Shown in pieces: positions 1 through 10,049 of a stretch of DNA of 64,000 bases. The notes below the pieces were generated by a model, which did not search any database, had not been told where the DNA came from, and was given only the letters and a program-made list of their open reading frames with translations. The position numbers and the translations under genes were made by a program. Source of the stretch: Saccostrea echinata (Eukaryota); contig NW_026889805.1 in assembly GCF_033153115.1 (NCBI RefSeq), forward strand, positions 13,640,001 to 13,704,000, read 5' to 3'. The first letter of the stretch is position 1, and each line of letters begins with the position of its first letter.

Positions 1-717
1 AAACAGGGAATTTAGATTTAGGATTTGTCAAAGAAATATTTAATCGAAACTTTCCTGTAACTATCATAAAGTTTATCCAAGAAACAACTTTTCTTGTACT
101 TATTTCTCTTCTTCTTTTTTTTTTAAACAGGGATTGATCATAATTAAGATATTTCATGTTTATTAGTCCATAGTCATAATAGTGTCGCATGCCAAACTCC
201 GACAGCTGTAAACACACTGCAGCTTTCTTTGTAAAACCACTTTTGAATCTGAGTGTTATCTACATGTAGAAACCATAATTACTGCTTGTATACACAATGC
301 GGCTTGATTATCTCGTGAATTTCACCCAGTGCAGACGACCGACAGGATTAGTTACGCCTCATTGCACATGACACCTGTGATTGTATACAGTAAACTTTTG
401 GGTACTAGTTGATTATGCAACAGTTAATTTTAGCTTTATAAACACCAAGTTATTTTTATGGCAATTGATTACGTGTGTATTTTAGAATATGGCTTGAATG
501 CATTTCCAGTTTATATACTTGAATATGATAATATTGCGTAAACAAACTGATAAAATGATAAAGATTTTTATTGATGTTTAGATGGAAGGATACTGCAATA
601 ATTTAGTTGGGACTCAACATAATTTTTCTGGGACGCATCAAATTTAGCTGGGACGCAACCTTCTCAAAAATCTTGAGTCCTGGGACTCAAGTTAGCAAAA
701 TCCTAGTGAGAACCCTG

Positions 718-1165
718 AGGAATACAGAATAAATCCAGATTCTGATCAGTAGGAATACAAAATAAATCCAGATTCTGATCAGAAGGATACAGGATAAATC
801 CAGATTCTGATCAGAAGGATACAGGATAAATCCAGATTCTGTCAGAAGGAATACAGAATAAATCCAGATTCTGAACAGAAGGAATACAGAATAAATCCAG
901 ATTCTGATCAGAAGGATACAGGATAAATCCAGATTCTGATCAGAAGGAATACAGAATAAATCCAGATTCTGATTAGAAGGATACAGGATAAATCCAGATT
1001 CTGGTCAGAAGGAATACAGAATAAATCCAGATTCTGATCAGAAGGAATACAGAATAAATCCAGATTCTGATCAGAAGGATACAGGATAAATCCAGATTCT
1101 GATCAGAAGGATACAGGATAAATCCAGATTCTGATCAGAAGGAATACAGGATAAATCCAGATTCA
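718..1165. repeat. Minisatellite, 31-32 bp unit (GAAGGA[A]TACAG[A/G]ATAAATCCAGATTCTGATCA), ~14 copies, DIAPH intron
   Basis: Directly visible tandem array with two alternating variants. Confidence 0.95.
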
Positions 1166-1191
1166 AATACATGACTGGAGACAGTACTCAC

Positions 1192-4100
1192 GAGTCACAG
1201 CAGTAAGTCAAGTTCCGTAAGATACCATTGAGACCATCAAGTCCAAACTCAACCACCCAGCTGTGAAATAAAAACAAAAATAAATCACAGAAAACAAAAC
1301 TAGACATTCAGAGAATCTAGAGTAATCTTAGGAGCAGCAGTACATGTTGTACTCTCAAAATGCAGATCACTAGAAGAAGAATGCTAATACTAAAATATCA
1401 AAATAAAAACAATCTGAACACAGTAAGTATGCTTTTATTGTACTTCTGTGACTTGAGGCTGAGTGACTTAATTGTCTATAAGAATAAAACATAAGCAAGG
1501 CTTGTAACACACACCTGACAGGGTTACTTGTCAAAGACACTCGGAGGGATTCCAAGACTCGGAGACGCTTCTCTCCCTTTAAATCGGCATTACGAAGTTC
1601 TGCCACAAAGTTCTGTGGTGTGTCTAGATCTCTCTGTTTGGCCTACAATACAAAAAAAAGTTGTATGAAATCTTGGAAATTGTATAGTAATGCATTTTTC
1701 CTCCTGAATTCTGTTTTGCATCTTTGGCATTTAAAAATGACTGATTTGCCATAAATTTTCAATTCACATCATAAGTGTTACAAGTCACAATAAATCAGGC
1801 CTTACAAAATCTGCCGTTACCTGTTACTTTTACCCAGCTGAAATCATGACTGTACCAGCCAAAATATTTGTTGGAGAAAAATTTGGTAACATATTTTATT
1901 AAAATAGCTTCCACAAGGTACCTCCTATTTTTGTAAAAGTAACAGCTATTTCTCATCTGTTTGAAAGCCCTGCAATATCATTCATGTAAGTAACACATAC
2001 AATCAGATACACAAGGGTTTTCCCAGAAAAACGTGAACATTTTCAATATTTTTCGATTCACTTATATCATAAAGTTAAAAATTGGCATGCATCATAATCA
2101 ACATTTTTTACATAATTCACAGAAATTTCAAAATATCTCTATAAATACCATTTTTCTCTCTGATAAACGAATCATTCAAAATAGCTCACGGCGCAACATT
2201 GACGACGTCAAAACACAGCTCATAGGAGTTTTTTTAATTTGTTCAGGAATTGTGCATCTTTAAAAATTTGTTCGAAGCAGAAATTGTATACTGCATTTGA
2301 TTTTCTTTCAGTTACTGAGTTATCCATTTCACATGTACTAGAGTTAAGAATAAATCAAGGAATTAATTCTTTTAATAGACAATTTTCCAACCCCTATCAT
2401 AAACTTATATGCTTGTATAGTTAATAGCGGTCTCCATGTATGATGTCCAGCTCTAGACTTTTCAGTTTGTCGTCATTTTTGTTGGTCTACCAAGCACTTC
2501 TTCCTTTGGATAATCACTCCATCCATCTTTGAACCTCTTTTACTATGTATAAACCAGTGTTTGATACATGTATTTGTGTTGTTCCTTCGTTCCAGCTCTT
2601 TCCCGTGTTAAAAGGAGTCATACCCTGCTCCACACAGTAATGAGCGATAATTTGGTGTGTCGCATTATTGCAGGACGTCGCTGTTTTTGACAATATCTAA
2701 CTAATAGTGTTTGGACAGATAACATAATATTTTTGTCATTTATGAAGTCAAAGTATTCATTTTTACACACGAGTACTCTAGATCGTACAGTTTCTATGGA
2801 TGTAATTTTTGTCACATTATATTTCCATATAGCCATGTAACAAAGAAAAATGTAGATGGCAATGCTAATTTTGAAAGTCAAGAACTTGCCATGCGCCGAC
2901 CATGGATATTTAACACCCTTTAAATGCTATTTCTAAATGCAATATGACATTCCAACCTTATAGTATTTGGTCAAAATGACGAAAATATCATTTCCCAACA
3001 TTGTGCCAAAAATGAATAATTTTAGTCAGGTAGTTCATAAAACATTTAAAAAGTTCATGTTTTTCTGGGACAACCCTTGTATATGTATATACACATGTCA
3101 ATACATGACAATGAAGATGACCTTGACTGCAGTGACCTGCATGGCCAGCATTTTCTTCTTGGCTGGTATATCCCAAGCTCTCAGTGGGGCTTTCTTCTCC
3201 TCCGTAAGATTCATGTCATCCTACAAATAAAGCAAACAGCATTAATAATCATCTAAAAACTCACTGTTCTCCTACAGAAATAGGAGATTTTAATTCTGTC
3301 TAAAATAATTTAATTTTTGTGTTTATCCACACTAAAGATACATTTTTCTACAATTAGGTTATCTGTATTTTCATTAAAAATAACATTTGTTCTGTTATTC
3401 TTTGATATAATAATTTAAGTGTATCTAAAAATGATTACATAAAACAATTTCCCCACTGAAGCAAACTGGTGTGGAAACAAATTTGTATTTTATGTTTGAG
3501 CTTTACTTATGACCTTGACCTTGATTTTTATATCTGGTTCATTAGCAAAATAGAAATACCAACTATAATGAGTCTAAAGACTTTATCTAAGTTATGGATG
3601 AGTAAAACTACTTTATCTAAGTTATGGTCAAATTAAAGGTTGTGAAGAAAGGCAGTTATCAAGGCTTATCTAATTCAATGTACATCTTATGTAGGTTAAT
3701 TAAAGCAAAAAATGTGAGACAGCAGGAAGATTCAGTTGTAACTGGTATTTTATGGAAAAATTTTAATTGCATTCTAAAATCCTATAATCCTCTATTGTTT
3801 TTTGTATAGGGATGTCAAGTGTTTTACTTCCTAAATCAGTACACCGATCGAGCAATCACAGTAACTAATCACAAATCATATGTAAAGCTGTAAACAGGTG
3901 AGCAAGGGTGCTTTGGTCATTTAGGTTAATGTCCATGACACACTTACTTTATAGGTATAATAAATATTTCACAGACAAAAAGGATTGCTACAAATTCATT
4001 ACTTAATGACTTATTTAATGAATTTGTTTACTCAACCCAGAGGCCCTCTCCTTATCATATCACTAATGTATGCCTCATACCAGTAATGTAACTATCTCTT

Positions 4101-7100
4101 TTCCAATTTCAGACCCCCTTTTTTTCTCTCTCTCTCAGTCTCTCTCATTTTCAGAACATTATAATGATATTTAAATGATATGAGTGGTTTCAAAATCACA
4201 TCTGTTCCATCAAATTACAATGCATTGTGAGCAAAGAGTACTTCTAGATTCCTTTTATTATTCCAGAGTATCATTATGTTATATGTTGTGAAAAATTTGC
4301 ATAAAACCACAGTCTATAGCAAAACATTATAACTCAAGCATTAAGTACTGCATCAATTATGCAGGCATTCACATGTTACTTAATGTATCTTAAATATTTC
4401 ACAGCGAGTCATCATCAGACAATTTTAACAAGGAACTATGCCATTTCCGCCCCCTTATATCAGCCCTACATTTATATATTGTTGTCATCAAGTTGGAATC
4501 AGTGAAAGTTCTCATGTATTACTCAGTGTGGGAGCAGGAAATTTATAGTTCCTGTCATAATGACAATTAATTAATTACAGAATTTTAAAAAATGAAAAAT
4601 TCTTGTCTCAAGTTGAGCACAATATTATTTTTAAGTTAGATGCTACATGTGGATAAAATTTAAAAACAGTATCAAAGCATTTTGTAAAATCACCTACATT
4701 CAGACAATTGTGACTGCTCTTGCTATTTATTATTCTATGCTTCACTTATTTGAAAACATTTTAATAATCATTTATTTATGATGTTTCCACTATTTTTTCC
4801 CTGCATATTTAGTAGACAGGGCAGGGTAACCTTTGAATCACCACTCAGTATTCACTTTTCCATTATGACAAATCACAGAAAGATCAACAGCTGACCACAT
4901 GAGTCTCAAAATGTAAAGAATACAAAAGGTATTCAACTCAGAAGGAAAACCTGTATTTCACATGTGATGCTACCCTCACATCAATCAAAAGTTCACCTGG
5001 CCATACCTGGTCAACCAATCATGTGTGTGAACAATTTTGTTTTTCAAACATTTTCAGCTACCAGCTTTAAAATTTTAAGTGACAGTGACTTTAAGTCACA
5101 GTGACTATGTTTAAATATGGTGTTAGACACCTGTTATCATGGTTATGTGCATCAGAATAGACTGTTAAGCTTGTGATGCAATTTATCAAGGGGTTCCCTA
5201 TCTTTGAATATCATCCTGCATATGTCAAAGTATTCTGATAAAAATAAGGAAATATCTGTTTATGCTCTAACACAGACATAATATGGAAAGTTCGGAGACC
5301 TCCACTGATCTGAATACCACTACAACTCCTATAAAGACATGCAGACAGACTGCAGTATTATAGATTTAGTATGCTTCAGATGTATGAGTGTCAGTGTCTC
5401 TACAAGTACCATGTCACAAGAACACTCAGCGTTAAAACATACACACCCTTAGAAATTCTTACAAGGTTATTGTCATCAGCCAAGATACTTCAAGTAGATG
5501 ACAAGTTATGTGTATTACAGTATCCATAAAATATCTGTGTGTATACTGACTTACATTTTACTCCAATTTTATTTTATGGAAAAATTATAAAAATGACAAA
5601 TACACTACACAAGCATTATGTTCTTGCTGATCATGCATGGCTCACAACCAGGCCCCATAATCTAAAATTACACTGCTATCTGATTCTTGTAGCAAACACT
5701 GTGCCAAAAGTAACTACATGTAACAGAAAAACAACAAAAAAGTTTGACTGCAGAACATAAACTCCCCAAAAGTTGTGTTTTTATCTTATCTAGAGTACAG
5801 CTAATGTTGACTACTTATTCTGGCTTCCATCATGGACAAATTGTCAATAAACATGACGAAGTCAGTGTGTAGATGCCCAGAGGGAGGGAGAGATCCATCA
5901 AATCCTCAATAGGTACCAAGCTCAGTGGTTACCTTCTGTTTTCAATTTAAACTTCATTCAAGGATTAATTTTTATCATGTAAATGGATATTTTGGTTTAA
6001 CTGGATACAAGTATGAGTCACATTATAAATACCTCAACTCAGCTAACAAACAAGTTGTTTACTAACAAAAATTATGTGTAGTATATGATGCCAAGTCTTG
6101 ACCACACATAGTTAGGATAATTTAACACATCTTAATTAACACATAATCTTGAATTTTCACAAATCTAAGACAAATAAATAATCTAAAAAGAGAATATCCA
6201 TGAAATCAAAATAATATGATTATGTAGGGATGCGCGATTTTATCGGTATACTGGTATATCGCGTTTTTTTTTTTGCGTGATATGTATCGTGAAACGGAGA
6301 CTAAAATACCGGTATTTGGTACATAACTATAAATTCCGGAAATTATTCATTTATTTGTTCAAACTATTGAATGACAATTCCAGGAAGTGTAAAAAATGTT
6401 GAAAACAGTTAAAACAATGGCATCCAAAAATACATTATATTATGTAAATAAAAATTTTAAAAGTAAATTTATGTTTTATAGCATATTTTTAAGAAATATT
6501 TTGGAAATTCATTTGACATTGTAGTAAAAATTGTGTGTAAAAATATCACGATTATCGTGATATTTTTTTTTGGAAAATATTGTGATAAATCACGATACGA
6601 AAATTTTTGCTGATACCCATCCCTATGATTATGCTTGATTTGCTTTTTCTTAATTTTGGTTTGTTCATTTGTTGTTGTTGTTTGTTTGCTTTTTTCCCAA
6701 GAATGTTATTTTCCTATATCCATCTAATATGCTAGAAGTTCAAAATTTTGGTGCAAGATCAATATTTAAATTTATTTATCAGATTTTTTTGCTAAATCAA
6801 ATCTACGAATAACAATATATATTTACATTATGTTGATGCTGGTAACATTTGTGATGCTGAGAAGAAAACCTTCAGGAGCTACATAATAGGACTTAATTCC
6901 TCTATTGATTGGCCAGCTTAACATTATATACAACTATTTCAGTTGTTGACTTTAGTCATCAGCTCAATAATGAATCATTTACACTGTTCAACTGAAGTTA
7001 ATCAGCATTGATTTTTCCCATTGAATCAAAAAAATGCCATAGTAATGTTTTGACTAGTGATGCCACAGGGAGATCTAACAAGTTCTGCAAATTATCTAGT

Positions 7101-9445
7101 GTATACATTAAAAAAAAGTCTTTTACATTATTTTTACACAATTATTTTTCAATACCATGCATTTTATCTATAAACCTAGTTGTAAGGACTATCACAGGGT
7201 TAGAAACTCCCTAAAATTACAACTCACAAATAATTGCGAGTACCAAGAAAGTGAACTCGCAATTTTATAAGACTACTCACAATTTTCATATAAAGTTAAA
7301 TTTATATAAATTAAATACATGTAACTTAAAGAAAAAGTAACTACTGTACAATACACAAAATACAACTACAGTGTGACTTTTTTTTTAAATTACTGATTTA
7401 AATCAAAGGCTTTGTGTTCTGTCATATTATATAATTTTGCTACAGTTTCAATGCAAAAAAAAAAATCAACTCGCAAGTTTTTGCGAGTTACCTAATTTTT
7501 AACTCGCAATTGGGGAATTCTAACTCGCGTTTTGTGAGTTGTATATAGTGAATTTCGAACCCTGCTATCACCAATATTTGATAAAAGATGATTTTGCAGA
7601 ATTGTGAATATACAAATGTTAAATTCTGTTAATTGTTCACAGTAGGATTAATGACTTAAAATAGGAAAAACTCATAAAGTCTGACCCATTAACACAGGAC
7701 TTCATTAATAAGCTACCAATACCAGTTATCAGTAAGAATTTTCTGTCTCTGATGAGCAGATATGTTGTATAATGCAGGAACATAAATATTTATAATGTAA
7801 ATCTTTATATCTATCATTTAGTAAATATAAGTGTCGTGTTTATAGAGGGATTTGTTAAGTACTTCAGAGGTTTCAATCTCGTTGTTAAGTGCTTGTGACA
7901 CTTCAGATGCTAATGTCATGAAAAAATAACATAAATTTTTTAAAAATCTTAAAGACACACAACTTATATTTTGATGCTTCATACACACCCAACTCAAAAT
8001 AAAGTAAATGTACACTGTACACAGTTTTATCTTAAATAATCTATATGAATCAATATATATAAGCTATATATATGCACACCTAAAAATCAAAAGAAGTAAT
8101 TGATTACATACCAGCAGTTTCTCAAATCTTTCAAGGACCTCTAGGTCTGACAAGGTGCCAATGTTGTCCTGTGGAGAAGGTCCAAAACCATACTGCGTCC
8201 CATTGGTGGTTTCGGAGTCCCCCGAGGAGGGGAGGCGACTAGACCATGTGGCAGCTTTGATGTCTTTTTCTTTTGACTTTGAGGATTTGTCTTTTCCTAT
8301 CCTGACAGTATTGCGTACCACCTTGTCCAACTGAAATATAATGCTATTCATGACAGACAAGAAAATTAAGGTTTTCCAATTAATCATATTTCTGCTTTTC
8401 ATTTAGTTCATGACCAAACATCATACCAAAATTAGGGGTGCAATACAGCTAAAGCATATCCTGGCATATCACAATACATTCTGAGTGTATCATAATACAT
8501 ATCATGATATTTCAGGTGAAGATTATTTCTTCAGTTCACAAATGCATTATGTAAAATTTAATAAGCTCTGAACATTAAATAAAAATAAGAAAATCACTTT
8601 TATTATAATTGCATGTAGCATAAATTGCTTAAAATGTCATATATCGTGATAAACAGATACATAGGGTTTTTGCACCGGGGAATGGTACAATTTTTGTGTG
8701 TTTTGCGGTATACCGTTAATACCCCTAACCAAGATGCCAACCAACGGAAAATTAAAGCACTTATGATAATGCTGGTGTGAATCTTTTTCAATTTCTCAGC
8801 ATGTTAAAAAAAAATTGTACTCAACCTTTAGCCTTTCAAAATCTGAAATTACTCAGTACTTTTAACAGACTGATATTATGTGTAATATTTTGGTTTGGGC
8901 CATGGATAATGGCCTGGGTAACTCAGTCTGTAGAGCACCTGACTAGTGATGCAGGGGTCCCGATATTCTCTTTAGAGAAGTGGACAGGCTTTCGCCTACA
9001 TCCACGTGGATGTACGCAAAAGCCTGTCCACTTCTCTAAAGAGAATAGAGTCCTGGATTCGACTACCTCTTATTTTTGCTGAAGTATCGCCTGTTTCTAA
9101 TCTTTTTGAAAGACCTGTGCTGGCAACCTTTTCCCCAAATGATAATTATGTTAGATAGAATTAGGAAATTGAATAAAAAATGGATTGAATGATACTTCAG
9201 TTTTTGTCCATGTATTTGTCATATAGAAACTTCAGTAACTTTGAATAACAACAAAGGAGTCGTCGTCTCATTCATTATTTGATAATGACAGGATCTAGGA
9301 TGTGCTACTGTTTTAATTTTTTTAATTTCTCACTCTTTTTTCATTATGAAGACTGTTAGGTAAAATTTGACAAACCTGCACGCCTCTGATTATATTGAGT
9401 TAAAAATGTACTTACGAAACTGTTTCGCTTATCCTTTTTGTCCAT
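1192..9445 (-). CDS. DIAPH: Diaphanous-related formin, first five coding exons (GTPase-binding domain region); gene continues beyond the left edge of the window
   Basis: Exons 9416-9445 (MDKKDKRNSF), 8112-8330 (LDKVVRNTVRIGK...ERFEKLL), 3122-3220 (DDMNLTEEKKAPLRAWDIPAKKKML...), 1515-1642 (...RVLESLRVSLTSNPV), 1192-1260 (SWVVEFGLDGL...). All GT-AG with matching phases. DMNLTEEK and LESLRVSLTSNPVSWV are hallmark Diaphanous GBD motifs. Confidence 0.9.
2010..3081 (-). mobile_element. Decayed Tc1/mariner-type element with remnant transposase N-terminus
   Basis: TIRs ACAAGGGTTTTCCCAGAAAAACGTGAAC (2011) and GTTCATGTTTTTCTGGGACAACCCTTGT (to 3080), flanked by TA. Minus-strand remnants IIAHYCVEQGMTP and LVYT**KRFKDG (~2520-2650) resemble the mariner HTH region. 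Confidence 0.7.
6225..6625. mobile_element. hAT-type MITE
   Basis: Termini TAGGGATG...CATCCCTA; exact 8-bp TSD TGATTATG (6217-6224, 6626-6633). Confidence 0.85.
7195..7564. mobile_element. hAT-like MITE with AACTCGC subterminal repeats
   Basis: Termini CAGGGTTAGAAA...TTTCGAACCCTG; flanking duplication CTATCA. Confidence 0.7.
8433..8727. mobile_element. hAT-type MITE
   Basis: Termini TAGGGGTG...TACCCCTA; 8-bp TSD ACCAAAAT / ACCAAGAT (1 mismatch). Confidence 0.75.
8881..9090 (+). mobile_element. Solo/partial tRNA-derived LTR of the same family, interrupted by an 84-bp palindrome
   Basis: TGTAATATTTTGGTTTGGGCCATGGATAATGGCCTGGGTAACTCAGTCTGTAGAGCACCTGACTAGTGATGCAGGGGTCC matches the LTRs at 11620 and 12363; B-box-like GGATTCGACT follows the insertion. 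Confidence 0.6.
8964..9047. repeat. 84-bp near-perfect loopless palindrome (probable collapsed MITE, TA ends)
   Basis: Arms 8964-9005 and 9006-9047 are reverse complements with 2 mismatches, centred on CCAC|GTGG. Confidence 0.9.
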
Positions 9446-10049
9446 GATTCTTCACACTTTAAAAACTCAAATTAAGGGATTAAAACATTATGATTCAAAC
9501 ACAAAACTTGTCCAACAGCTAACAATTATTAAATTAAAGTGAACATGTTATCCATTTCGTGGCACAACAAAAGGGGTGTCAAAATTAATTCTTTCAAATA
9601 TTTCCGTCATTGATATATTGGAAAATATAAATCCTATTCAATAAGCAATCAGTTCATCTTTTCTAATTATAGAGCCACCTTCAACTCACTTCTTCCGCCA
9701 TTGTCTATTTACAACTTCAAATATTTTAACCAATCGGAGAATATTTTACAATTCTCCGAAGGCATTGTGTAAAAGCAGACTCTACAAATTTAAACAGAAA
9801 CAGATTCTATTATTCTTTAAACAAGTTAATATAATTAATTTAAGAATTTTTCGTATATTTATACTTGAAGGAAATCTACACCAAGAAGATAAAAAATAAA
9901 ACTCTCTATTTAAGAAGAAACATCGAACTTTATCCTTTCCCTTCTTTTACCCAACGTTTCTTCCACATGTTGAAAGTTGCAATCGACTTATGGAAATGAC
10001 AGTAACAGGAGAATAAGATAAAACAAGATAACATCATTTGATATTGAAG
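9446..10049. promoter_or_regulatory. Probable bidirectional promoter DIAPH / TDRD3
   Basis: Divergent start codons ~600 bp apart; YY1-like CCGCCATT (~9695) and CCAAT (~9730); no TE recognised in this gap. Confidence 0.6.

Noticed and set aside
1-717. Right end of a hAT-like element (GGGACTCA/GGGACGCA repeats, ending AACCCTG)
   Set aside because: The left terminus and TSD are not identifiable in the window, so it cannot be delimited.
718-1165. CRISPR-like array of ~32-bp repeats
   Set aside because: No unique spacers, no cas genes, eukaryotic intron; an ordinary minisatellite.
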